64,000 bases of DNA, from IMG/VR virus record IMGVR_UViG_3300028197_001952, positions 1 to 64,000 of that record; one strand, given 5' to 3'. The notes beneath the pieces were generated by a model. The model saw nothing but the letters and a program-made list of their open reading frames with translations, searched no databases and was not told where the DNA came from. The position numbers and the translations under genes are program-made. Positions 26,937 through 36,375 of this stretch are shown piece after piece. The DNA comes from a virus. Every line of letters starts with the position of its first letter. Within the stretch, counting starts at the first letter, position 1.

Positions 26937-27759
26937 TTAAATGTTCTTTTAAATAAGTTGCCCACTTCTGATGTGATAGTTCGGTTGGGTGATGATTATC
27001 AAATAAATCATCTTGTTTATTTTCATTTAGTGTTGTAAGTATAAATTCTTTAAATGTTATATCTAGGAAATTGCTTTTACGTAATTTTATGTATTGTTTT
27101 TTTATTTGAAGATTTTCCGATGAGAATGGTATTCTTTTAATTGCTTTTATTAAATTAACACTATCTAATATACCATGCTTTTGTGGGTCGTTTGTTGCTT
27201 CAAATGTTTCATAAAATGCATCAAAAAATATATGTTTTATATTATGTGAATTTAAGTAAGTATGTATATTGATATTTTGAATTAAGTATCTCATAATATA
27301 CTCTTCTTGATTCCAAAAATAAGTAGTATATAATTTGGTAAATTCTTCAAATCCATTAGATGGTGTATGGATAGCAGGTGATGCTGGATATATAGTTTCC
27401 CACCTACCTGAATCAGATTCATTCATTATATCTTTATAATAGAAATCCTTTCTTTCAGGAGAAGTCCATCCTACTATTACAAAAATTTCATCTGCATTAT
27501 ATTTTTCTAATAAATTTCCAACTTGTGATATTACTCTTTTTTCTATACCATCATTAGATGAACCTGCATGTGAAGTATTACGTACCTCAATATTAGTTAG
27601 TTTTGATAACTTATCCGGCCATACTTTTGGTAATCGGTATGCATCATTATCTCTGTGGTCAATATTTGTGATACCACGTGCTTCTAATTTAGGATCTAAA
27701 ATATCACCTGCTGTCCAACTATCTCCCTCTGTTAGTATTATTTTTATATTATTAGTCAT
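26929..27759 (-). CDS. SGNH-fold protein
   Basis: EGDSWTAG, AGSSN, VGWTSPER, HHPT..H. Start placed at MTNNIK. Confidence 0.72.
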   Translation of the reverse strand: MTNNIKIILTEGDSWTAGDILDPKLEARGITNIDHRDNDAYRLPKVWPDKLSKLTNIEVRNTSHAGSSNDGIEKRVISQVGNLLEKYNADEIFVIVGWTSPERKDFYYKDIMNESDSGRWETIYPASPAIHTPSNGFEEFTKLYTTYFWNQEEYIMRYLIQNINIHTYLNSHNIKHIFFDAFYETFEATNDPQKHGILDSVNLIKAIKRIPFSSENLQIKKQYIKLRKSNFLDITFKEFILTTLNENKQDDLFDNHHPTELSHQKWATYLKEHLNE

Positions 27760-28519
27760 TCCCAACCCATTCGTTTTTGAATAAAACAGGATGATTTCCA
27801 TTACCAGACATATCCATTAACTTATAATAGGTTCGTTTTGAAAAATCACTACAAAATACATTTCTTAAACTAGTCATATATCCCTGTGCTTTTTCTAACC
27901 AAGAATTATAATCAGTAAAGAATTCATTCCAACTCAGCTCATCTGCCTCACTACGTTGAATACTTATTTTTGAAATATCTCCATGAAATATTGATCTGTG
28001 GGTTTCTGCTATTAATGTTGCACAACCTATCCATGTGTAAGAATTTGAATAATCAATTATATTATCATAGTTCATTTTTACAGAATTCTCAGAGGTAGTT
28101 TCTATTAATGTAAATTCTTTTTTATTCACGTTGTGATTTAAAACAACATCATAATATCTGTCTAGTTCATCACCATTAGTACCGAAATCCCAATTTAAAT
28201 CGAACTCCATGCGTTTTTCTACATCCGTTCCTGTTTCGATATCGTGTGACCAAAAAACCCATCCTATTTTTTTGTGTACATTACCTCCTTCTCCCTTATA
28301 TCCGTTATGAAATATTCCAGCATGTTTACCATTCTTTGCAATTATTGCTCCATTGTATACACCTGTTTCTTCTATAATTTTATTTATTTTTTTTACATCT
28401 GGTTTAAATCTACAATATATAGAAAAATCTCCCTTAAGCAAATCTTGCATTTCATGGTTAACTAAATTATACTTATCTCCGTTTGTAAAGAAAAATATTT
28501 TGTTTTCATCTATTATCAT
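27752..28519 (-). CDS. LamG/concanavalin A-like domain protein
   Basis: FSIYCRFK, WIG..FHGDISKI, DMSGNGNH, resembling the LamG inserts in the neighbouring GT7 genes. Confidence 0.55.
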   Translation of the reverse strand: MIIDENKIFFFTNGDKYNLVNHEMQDLLKGDFSIYCRFKPDVKKINKIIEETGVYNGAIIAKNGKHAGIFHNGYKGEGGNVHKKIGWVFWSHDIETGTDVEKRMEFDLNWDFGTNGDELDRYYDVVLNHNVNKKEFTLIETTSENSVKMNYDNIIDYSNSYTWIGCATLIAETHRSIFHGDISKISIQRSEADELSWNEFFTDYNSWLEKAQGYMTSLRNVFCSDFSKRTYYKLMDMSGNGNHPVLFKNEWVGND

Positions 28520-29949
28520 AATTTTATAGTTTGTGTTTGTTCGTAAAAATCTGCCAGTTCTGGATAAACTTCTTTAAAATTAGTTTCTCTACGTCTATCA
28601 TGTTCTTTAAAAAACACTCCAAAATCACGTCTTTGTTTTAATAACTCTTCTTCATTTCTATCGGTAAGCATCCAATCATATGTTCTTTTTACTTTTTGTA
28701 TCTCAACATCAGAATATCCAACGTGTTGATGTTCAAATTTTGGAATACCGAGATAATTCATATGACTTGCTGCATCTTTTATTTTTATAGCCCATTCTTC
28801 TGGTAAAATCTTTACAGTTTGGTGTTTAGGATATCGTAAATAAGATGTATCTAAAAATACTGCAGAGTTCCAATATCTATCACTTGAAGTGTATTTCATC
28901 TTTAAACCATAAATATAATCTATTAATTCTTTATAACTTGGTACTGATAGTGCATTAAAAGTTGACATTACTGTGATACTAATTCGTTTACAACTTGAAA
29001 GAATTTTATTTACATTTTTATCAAACTGTTCCCAATTTAATCCGTTTCTAATGTACTCTGCTTGTTCTCCATACCCATCAACTGATGTGAATATAATAAA
29101 TTCTTCTACAAGTTCCTTTTCTTCAATTGCTTGAATCTTTTCTATTAATCTATCAACTAATTTATCAGGAATTCCTAAATTAGAATTTATTGCTAATCTT
29201 AATTTTTTATTTGGGTTAGGTTCGTTTATAATATAATCTAAAACTCCCCAAGTATCTTTACTCATAAGTGGTTCTCCACCTGTGATTCTAAAAGTATGTA
29301 AATCTCTATATAAATCTGGCCACCATCTCCAAAATGCTTCTACATAAGGATTTTCTTCTGTATGTAATATAGGAACTTTACCCTCTCCAATCAAACCTTC
29401 CAAATCATTAAATTTATCAAGTGTTGGATATGCTCCTTCTGCTTTTATTTCTTGCATCCATGCTGATGAAAACGAAGGTCCACAATATGAACATTTAAAG
29501 TTACAAGCATTTGAGAAAGCAACTTCTACATATTTTGGATTATAATCTCCTCTCCAGCCCAAATCTTTAATTTCTTGCATATGAGGAAGTGACCAAGATT
29601 CTGCTGATTTAAATACTCTATCTGAAAACTGAGGTGATGCATCTTCAACATCCCAACAATAATGACACTCTTCAGGCCTTCCACCTTCTAACATTTCTTT
29701 ACGAATACGTTTTTTAAAACGTGTGTTGTGTAGTGCAGAAGGATTTCGTTTTATCTCACTTTCATTTATCTTATGTGTTGTTGGGTGATGACAAGAATGA
29801 GTATGTCCCATTTGTAAGTGAATTGTAACTTGTGTCCATTTAGCTAAACAGAATCCACATCCTTGTGCATCAAGTTCTTTTTTGGTATTCACATATATTG
29901 GATTGTTAGCAAAAGCTAAAGAAGGATCTAATTTTGGAGTTTCACTCAT
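28516..29949 (-). CDS. Radical SAM protein with N-terminal twitch-like Cys cluster
   Basis: CLAKW..HSCHH..CHYCW; CNFKCSYC; ITGGEPL; SVDG..AEYIRNG. Confidence 0.9.
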   Translation of the reverse strand: MSETPKLDPSLAFANNPIYVNTKKELDAQGCGFCLAKWTQVTIHLQMGHTHSCHHPTTHKINESEIKRNPSALHNTRFKKRIRKEMLEGGRPEECHYCWDVEDASPQFSDRVFKSAESWSLPHMQEIKDLGWRGDYNPKYVEVAFSNACNFKCSYCGPSFSSAWMQEIKAEGAYPTLDKFNDLEGLIGEGKVPILHTEENPYVEAFWRWWPDLYRDLHTFRITGGEPLMSKDTWGVLDYIINEPNPNKKLRLAINSNLGIPDKLVDRLIEKIQAIEEKELVEEFIIFTSVDGYGEQAEYIRNGLNWEQFDKNVNKILSSCKRISITVMSTFNALSVPSYKELIDYIYGLKMKYTSSDRYWNSAVFLDTSYLRYPKHQTVKILPEEWAIKIKDAASHMNYLGIPKFEHQHVGYSDVEIQKVKRTYDWMLTDRNEEELLKQRRDFGVFFKEHDRRRETNFKEVYPELADFYEQTQTIKL

Positions 29950-31421
29950 AATTTTACGTTTATTAATTTTGCTTTTGTTGATATTTCTTCAATATCTAAT
30001 AACTCATATTTCAATTGTTTGATACCATCTGATTTATAATCCCATGTTCCTTGTTGCATCTCGTGGATGTATCTTTTCTCGTTTCGAGCAGTAGTTTCTC
30101 CCTTTGCCCATACATCGTTTCCACTTGAATCTTTAATCATTCCTTCATCTTGATGTGGTAAACAATTCATTTTACCATCTTTACGATGAGGTATAATAGT
30201 ATGTGGAATTTTAATTTTTTCTTTATTAAACATTCCTCTTGTTATTTTACCATTTATACCATTACCACTTAAATCAATGGCCATTCTCGTTGAATTAACT
30301 TGTTCTTTGTTGTTAAAATCATAATGTAACACGAGTTTATCAGTTGAGATTTCCTTATGTAATTTTGAAATTTCATTAGAATCTAAACATCGATTCCACA
30401 TCATTACTTTAGCTATATCACCCTTAAACCATTTGTTTGGTTCTGTTCTAGCAGTTGAGGTTGTTGTTCCTAAATAATAATCATCTAATCCATATGATTT
30501 TAATCTATCTTCATATTTAAGTGGTGATTGTGTGCCATGACCATGTCTTGCATCTGATTCTTTTCCATTTAAATAGAAATGTATATTTTGTTTAGATGTA
30601 TCAACACTTAGTGTAATCCATGCCCATTGGTTTTCATATCTTTTTATCCATTGATATAAATGATTCTGAGTACTATCCCATAATTGAGCAGTATATGCTC
30701 TTGAATTATTATAACTCAATCCATAATCATATCCTGGTCTTCTTAGAATTGGATATTCACAAAATCTTCTATCTTCATCACCTATTAACCAAATTGGAAC
30801 TTTTTCTTCTTGTTGATTTGCTCTTACTAAAACGGAAATTGTATGTGAACGAGATGTTAATGATTTTAATTTTTTATGTTTTGGTATTTTTACAAAACTG
30901 TTTTTACCATTAAATGATAAGTAGTTATTTAATGTACCTGAGTAATCAAGATAAGTATTATTTGCATATCCCTCTAAATTACATCTCCAAAATAAATCAT
31001 CATCTTCCATTCCCCAATCCCAATAATCATTTGAATAACCATTAGTTTTTTCTACTTGTTCTTTTGAAAATAAAACTGCTCCTCCAAAGTATTCTTCATA
31101 CTTTAGATTATAATCCATTTGAGATATTGAAGTTGCAATATGTATTGGAGTTGTTTTAGGAAACGAATAATCAGCACCTCCCCCGTCTTCAGGTATCATA
31201 TCGATATCATGCCAAACAATATAATCACACCCATCTTCAAACGCATGTTTAGCAGCAACATTTTTCATAGCTCCCCTATTAAAAAGTTTATCATCACATT
31301 GATGACCAAAGTACATACAATACTCTATTCCTTTAGAGTCCAAATATGCTCCTACTTTTGGTACAAACTCTTTTAAATGAGCTTCTCTGTTTCTATAAGG
31401 AACACAAACTCCTAGTTTCAT
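29946..31421 (-). CDS. GT7 (beta-1,4-galactosyltransferase-like) glycosyltransferase with inserted LamG domain
   Basis: VPYRNR, FNRG, HDID, FGGA, NGYSN.YWDWGMEDDDL; then LamG motifs (FNGKNS, FYLNG, FKGDIAKVMMWNR, DLSGNG); then the GT7 C-terminal segment. Confidence 0.85.
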   Translation of the reverse strand: MKLGVCVPYRNREAHLKEFVPKVGAYLDSKGIEYCMYFGHQCDDKLFNRGAMKNVAAKHAFEDGCDYIVWHDIDMIPEDGGGADYSFPKTTPIHIATSISQMDYNLKYEEYFGGAVLFSKEQVEKTNGYSNDYWDWGMEDDDLFWRCNLEGYANNTYLDYSGTLNNYLSFNGKNSFVKIPKHKKLKSLTSRSHTISVLVRANQQEEKVPIWLIGDEDRRFCEYPILRRPGYDYGLSYNNSRAYTAQLWDSTQNHLYQWIKRYENQWAWITLSVDTSKQNIHFYLNGKESDARHGHGTQSPLKYEDRLKSYGLDDYYLGTTTSTARTEPNKWFKGDIAKVMMWNRCLDSNEISKLHKEISTDKLVLHYDFNNKEQVNSTRMAIDLSGNGINGKITRGMFNKEKIKIPHTIIPHRKDGKMNCLPHQDEGMIKDSSGNDVWAKGETTARNEKRYIHEMQQGTWDYKSDGIKQLKYELLDIEEISTKAKLINVKL

Positions 31422-31831
31422 ATTGTATCTGATATTAGCTTTTTAAACTTGGTTGTACTCCAACCATGTGAACGGTCTATCCAATGAATAAGTATACCCA
31501 AATCTTTTCCTGTATATGGATTATCTATATAATCCTCTCCTAAAAATCTTACATCAGGATTAATTGATTTTAATAAAAAATATAACTCTTCTTCGGTATC
31601 ATAAGTTAAGAAAGTAGGATTGGTAAAAAAATATTTTAACATACTCTTACGTTCTTCTGTATTTAAGATTGGTTTTAATTTTTCAGGTCTTTGTATTTGT
31701 GGATTATCATGTAACAAAATATATTGGTTCGTACATTTATTATTCATCTCTTCAAATAGCTGGATATAACCTGGATGTATCACATCAAAGTTTCCACAAA
31801 TTACTCCTATTTCTAATTTACTTACTTCCAT
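31418..31831 (-). CDS. TagD-like cytidylyltransferase (HIGH family)
   Basis: GNFDVIHPGY, KPI...ER, LGEDY, RSHGWSTT. Confidence 0.82.
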   Translation of the reverse strand: MEVSKLEIGVICGNFDVIHPGYIQLFEEMNNKCTNQYILLHDNPQIQRPEKLKPILNTEERKSMLKYFFTNPTFLTYDTEEELYFLLKSINPDVRFLGEDYIDNPYTGKDLGILIHWIDRSHGWSTTKFKKLISDTI

Positions 31832-33261
31832 AGTTCTACTGATATAAAATAATAATTATCCATTTTTGTATCTGATAATAATTTAAATCTAACATTATCA
31901 ATTCCATCTCGTTTATAATCAGATTTTCCGTTTAATACTTTGTTATAAAAATGTAATTGATTTTTTCTTGTATCTGTCCAAGTCCATTTGTTTTCATAGA
32001 ATCCATTTTCTTTATGATATAACAATTCAAAGGTAGAATCTCTTCTCCATGGTATTGGTATTGACATAAAATCATTAACTTGTTGAATTGGTACTTTACC
32101 ACAATCCATAACTTCGGCAGTTCTACCTTTTCGGTTTCCACTTAAGTCAGGAATACTAGAATAAGTTGCAGTTTTCATATCATAACATACTTCAAGAGTA
32201 TGTGGTACAATATAATCACCAAATGCTTCTGTAAGACCCATTGATTTGTTTGTAGATATTTCCTTAATTTGAGCTTCCTCTAGTGAATGATTAAACATTG
32301 CGAAATAATCAACTGTTCCACCGAAAGGTCTTCTATTATTAAATTCCAATGAAGGAGAATCACCCAAGTACATCTTCTTTTCAGAAGCATAGTTTAATAA
32401 CTTACCAGGAAATTCAATTAAATCTATTAGTTCACCATCTTGATAAAATTTAATAACATTATCATCTTGATTTACAGTAACACATAATGTAGTTTGCTTT
32501 GGAGGAGATATGTTTGATTTTAAACTTATACACTCTTTATCGGTATTAAATACTTCAAATTTATATCTTTTATATGAATTATAAGAAAAACTTAAATCAT
32601 ATCCAGGAATACAGAAAAGATTATACTCATCTGATGGGAATCCTTCGTTACATTGAATTTCATTTGGTTCAAAAGAACATAATATAGTGTAGTTTTTTAA
32701 CCTAAAAGGTTTAGGCATAGTAACCTTACTAGTATATCCATTGAGTTCTAATGCAGCTGAAGAGTGTGAATTTAATGGTAGTTCTTTTGTGTTAAAATCA
32801 GTAAAGTTTTCCTTACATCTCCAAAGTAAATCATCATCCTCATAACCCCATCCCCAATATTTGTTAGAATACCCATTTATATGATAATAATCATTTATTG
32901 GAAACATAGTAACACCACCAAAATATTCATCAAAAACAATACGTTTCTGCTTTTTGTAGTGGTTTGATGTGAAATCAGTTGCAAGATGTGTAGGTCTATC
33001 TACTATCGAATAATCGACCTCTGAACTTGGTATCATGTCAACATCATGTAGTACTACATAGTTACACCCAAGTTCCTTAGCTTTATTCACACCTATGTTT
33101 AATAGAGAACCTCGATTGAACGGAAGTTCATCGGATTGTTCTACTATAATCAATTCATAATCTATCTTAGATTTATTGAAATGATTTTTTATAGATGTTG
33201 TAAAGTGATTTAGGTGCGTTCTACGATTCCTATATGGTACAATGATACCAAGTTTATTCAT
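31822..33261 (-). CDS. GT7 glycosyltransferase with inserted LamG domain (paralog)
   Basis: VPYRNR, FNRG, HDVD, FGGV, NGYSNKYWGWGYEDDDL; LamG motifs (FYQDG, FGGTVDYFAMFN, DLSGN). Confidence 0.85.
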   Translation of the reverse strand: MNKLGIIVPYRNRRTHLNHFTTSIKNHFNKSKIDYELIIVEQSDELPFNRGSLLNIGVNKAKELGCNYVVLHDVDMIPSSEVDYSIVDRPTHLATDFTSNHYKKQKRIVFDEYFGGVTMFPINDYYHINGYSNKYWGWGYEDDDLLWRCKENFTDFNTKELPLNSHSSAALELNGYTSKVTMPKPFRLKNYTILCSFEPNEIQCNEGFPSDEYNLFCIPGYDLSFSYNSYKRYKFEVFNTDKECISLKSNISPPKQTTLCVTVNQDDNVIKFYQDGELIDLIEFPGKLLNYASEKKMYLGDSPSLEFNNRRPFGGTVDYFAMFNHSLEEAQIKEISTNKSMGLTEAFGDYIVPHTLEVCYDMKTATYSSIPDLSGNRKGRTAEVMDCGKVPIQQVNDFMSIPIPWRRDSTFELLYHKENGFYENKWTWTDTRKNQLHFYNKVLNGKSDYKRDGIDNVRFKLLSDTKMDNYYFISVELWK

Positions 33262-33271
33262 CGATACTTAT

Positions 33272-33457
33272 TTATTTTTTTAGAGGTTTGATTGTACTCT
33301 CATACCACTCAGACATGTACCACTCTAATCTGGGACCCCATGCTTCTTTATCAATCTCTTCTACCCACAATGTAAGTGCATCTAAGGAATTACCGATTTT
33401 TTCAAGTGCTTTTACTTTTCTTTCTTCTAAAATTTGTGAAGTTTCATCTTTTGCCAT
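33272..33457 (-). CDS. Small hypothetical protein
   Basis: 61-aa ORF with its own upstream ATATTTATA motif. Confidence 0.6.
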   Translation of the reverse strand: MAKDETSQILEERKVKALEKIGNSLDALTLWVEEIDKEAWGPRLEWYMSEWYESTIKPLKK

Positions 33458-33497
33458 AACGTAAATTAATTAATTGTTTTTGTTTTTGTTTGTTGTA

Positions 33498-33506
33498 TAT
33501 AAATAT
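33498..33506 (-). promoter_or_regulatory. ATATTTATA motif (putative phage late promoter)
   Basis: 40 nt upstream of the 33457 start; heads the GT7 operon. Confidence 0.6.
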
Positions 33507-33514
33507 ATAAATTA

Positions 33515-34363
33515 CTAAATTTTAATAATTTTTCTTGCTAATCTATTCCACTTTGAGTAATCGAAATGAAAATTACTTTCCATTTTTTCTAGCATAAATT
33601 CAGGATTGTTAATATCAATTTTCCAATCGTTAATCTGAATAGCCTTGTACATCTTTTTATACTCTTCCCAAAAGGAATATTTTTCTTCAGTTTCAGAAAC
33701 TTCTTTTAATCGTTCTAAAACGGTTGAATCCCACTTAAAGTGATGAACTTGTATAAATCCTTCACCTCTACCAATTGGGTATCTGAGAGGATGTTTAAAT
33801 CCCTTCTTACCCCATACATGAGATTTGTTTATGATTGCATAATGTTGACCAGGTGTTACATCCACCGAACCTTTCATTATACAAACTTTATTTGGACAAG
33901 CACCACTCATTGGATATCTAAAAAATCCAGCGAGTGGAAACTCACTCCATATATTAGTTTCTTTTGTCACCAAAGGAAACTCTCCGTTCTCTCCTATCCT
34001 ATCGAGAAAACCTCCTGTAATGAATTCCCATCCACCCTTTTCACAATCAGAAATCATTTCTCTGATTGGTTTGGGGTAAATATGGAATTCATCATCATCC
34101 GAAACCACCCACCATTCAAGGGGCTTGGTTCGTTTAATTTCGTTATATAATTGAGTTACTCTTTCCCAATTAAATTTTTCTTCTGTTACTACTTTATGTG
34201 GGGTTATTCCGAGGGATTTTATTTCATCTAAAATGCCATCGTTTTCATGTTGTCTATAAACAACAACATAAATTTCATCAACAATGTTTTTGTAGTGTTC
34301 CAACATATGTGGAAGCATTGTGATGTTATGACCAACAACTGTTACAAGATTTATCCTTTGCAT
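33515..34363 (-). CDS. GT-A fold (GT2-like) glycosyltransferase
   Basis: LPHMLEHY, WWVVSDDDEF (DxD), PGQH, VHHFKW. Confidence 0.72.
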   Translation of the reverse strand: MQRINLVTVVGHNITMLPHMLEHYKNIVDEIYVVVYRQHENDGILDEIKSLGITPHKVVTEEKFNWERVTQLYNEIKRTKPLEWWVVSDDDEFHIYPKPIREMISDCEKGGWEFITGGFLDRIGENGEFPLVTKETNIWSEFPLAGFFRYPMSGACPNKVCIMKGSVDVTPGQHYAIINKSHVWGKKGFKHPLRYPIGRGEGFIQVHHFKWDSTVLERLKEVSETEEKYSFWEEYKKMYKAIQINDWKIDINNPEFMLEKMESNFHFDYSKWNRLARKIIKI

Positions 34364-35130
34364 TTCTGAATAAATGTTATTCCAGTTGATGATGGTCTAT
34401 TTCTAAGTATACCATTATTAAAAAAGTTGAAAATTTCCCACTCTTTACTTTCTTTTAATTCGGTTATAAGTTTAGAAGGTCCGTTTGAATACTCTTGGTG
34501 AAAATCATCAAGAATATCATCTGAAATAATATGTTCTTTTTCATATGATGAGTCGGTATCGTGAATTGTTATTATACCATGTGGTGAAAGTAGTGTTGAA
34601 TATAAGTCAAAATCATTCTTTACATCTTCATAAGTATGACCTGCATCAATATGTAAAAAATCTATTTTAATATCTTCTTTTACAAAAAAGTTATAGTATG
34701 CATTTTCTGTTGTATCTAATATAAATCTACAGGGAAACTTTTTTCTAAAATATGAATTTTTATCAATCCAATCTGTAAATCCACCAACTCCATTGGATGC
34801 ATCTACTAATATAGTTGTTCCACTATCACCCCATTCCATTGATTTATTACCATCAAATATTTCTTGCTCATGTAAATCAATTCTAGCTTGGGATATAATT
34901 CTTGGAATAAATCCCCCACCACTTCCTAAACATACACAAGTTTTTGCTCTCATATATTGTATGGCAGTATATATTAACATACCATCTCCTAGATGTTTAT
35001 CAGTAGCTCCATGAGTCCATCGATATTTAACAGGAGTTAATTCATCATATATCTTACCATTAACATCAATAGATTCTATTCTATTATTGGTAAAGTATTC
35101 TTTTATAAGATTGTAGTTGATTATACTCAT
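34351..35130 (-). CDS. Class I SAM-dependent methyltransferase (Methyltransf_24-like)
   Basis: VCLGSGGG, IDFLHIDAGHTYE, GIITIHD. Confidence 0.85.
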   Translation of the reverse strand: MSIINYNLIKEYFTNNRIESIDVNGKIYDELTPVKYRWTHGATDKHLGDGMLIYTAIQYMRAKTCVCLGSGGGFIPRIISQARIDLHEQEIFDGNKSMEWGDSGTTILVDASNGVGGFTDWIDKNSYFRKKFPCRFILDTTENAYYNFFVKEDIKIDFLHIDAGHTYEDVKNDFDLYSTLLSPHGIITIHDTDSSYEKEHIISDDILDDFHQEYSNGPSKLITELKESKEWEIFNFFNNGILRNRPSSTGITFIQKCKG

Positions 35131-35144
35131 TATATATAAGTATA

Positions 35145-35153
35145 TATAAATAT
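35145..35153 (-). promoter_or_regulatory. ATATTTATA motif (putative phage late promoter)
   Basis: 14 nt upstream of the methyltransferase start at 35130. Confidence 0.6.
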
Positions 35154-35170
35154 ATTAAACAATAAATTAA

Positions 35171-36364
35171 TTACGAAATATATGAATTAATATTTTTTAT
35201 CCAAGTTTCTCTATTATCAAAAGTAAGCATATACGTTTTTAGTTTAGCAAACTCGGTATATCTTTGTTGGTGTGTATCTTTACGTATCTGTTTAATACAA
35301 ATATCAAATTCATTTTTTGTTGATGCTCTATATTTGTAATCAACATCCTTTGCCCAATCTGTGTGAATGATTGGTAACTTACCATAATCTATTGCTTGAA
35401 ATATTGAATAACCAAATGGTTCTTTGAAGTATGCCCCATGGAAGATACCAAAATCCTTTCTCATGAAAGAATCAAGAATTTGTGGAGACCATTGATAAAA
35501 TTTAATATTAGGAAACGTATAACTAGTAGTATCTCTTAAATTAACAAAATCATATTTACCAGATAAAATAAATCCACCATGTCCATGCATCCAATGCATA
35601 CATTTTCTTGTTTCAGCTCTAGAAGCAAATCCTATGTTTTTAAAATTTAGATTTTCGTTAAATGAAATATTGTGTTTAAATTCATAAAAATTAGGAACGG
35701 AATAGGTGTAATTTGGAAAATCATCTGTAAGTTGTGTTGGGTTATTTCCTACCCAAATTCTTTTGTCAAATGATTGTACAAATTCTTTATAGAAAGCAGA
35801 ATCAACTTTTGTATTAAATTGTAATCTTTTTAATTCTGGCATATGTGTTAGAACTTCTTCCATTTCACTTGGATATGCATGAACAAATAATAATTTAAAT
35901 TTGTTTTCATATTTCCAAATGTGTTCTCTTTTATGATAATGTGAATGCAAATAATATATCTCTGAACATTCTTCTAACAAATCAGTTGTTATTTCATGGT
36001 CATCTCCATGAAAATGCCAATCCAAATCCTCTGGTAAAGATGATGGGTCAAAGTCAACAGGTCTTTTTGAATCAATTAATAATTTCCAATGTTTTCTCCA
36101 TTTAATTCCTTTCCAAATATTTTTTATAAAATGATTTGTCCAAATATCAGCACCACCTTCTATAGTATTACCACAACCAGTAGTAATCATTAGTTTCTTA
36201 CCCATTTTTTTACCATCGGTTGGATTTCTTAATCTTTCTTCAAATGGAAGTTCATTATTAATTTTTGAAACCAACACATCAGTATCTATAAATTCATCTG
36301 AGTTTATTAGGTAATTTACTAACGAAGATGTTAGTTCTTTTTTTTCTTTTTTATATAACTTCAT
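35171..36364 (-). CDS. GT-B (GT4-like) glycosyltransferase
   Basis: GGADIW, GFASRAETRK, EPFGYSIFQAIDYGKLPI. Start placed at MKLYKK. Confidence 0.72.
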   Translation of the reverse strand: MKLYKKEKKELTSSLVNYLINSDEFIDTDVLVSKINNELPFEERLRNPTDGKKMGKKLMITTGCGNTIEGGADIWTNHFIKNIWKGIKWRKHWKLLIDSKRPVDFDPSSLPEDLDWHFHGDDHEITTDLLEECSEIYYLHSHYHKREHIWKYENKFKLLFVHAYPSEMEEVLTHMPELKRLQFNTKVDSAFYKEFVQSFDKRIWVGNNPTQLTDDFPNYTYSVPNFYEFKHNISFNENLNFKNIGFASRAETRKCMHWMHGHGGFILSGKYDFVNLRDTTSYTFPNIKFYQWSPQILDSFMRKDFGIFHGAYFKEPFGYSIFQAIDYGKLPIIHTDWAKDVDYKYRASTKNEFDICIKQIRKDTHQQRYTEFAKLKTYMLTFDNRETWIKNINSYIS

Positions 36365-36375
36365 TAATTTTGTTT

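Noticed and set aside
10160-36364. Bacterial capsule/LPS locus, contig chimera, or DNA hypermodification cluster
   Set aside because: No wzx/wzy/ABC export genes are present, the cluster shares strand and promoter motif with phage genes on both sides, and no base-modifying enzymes (hydroxymethylase, TET/JBP) were seen. DNA modification is disfavoured but not excluded.
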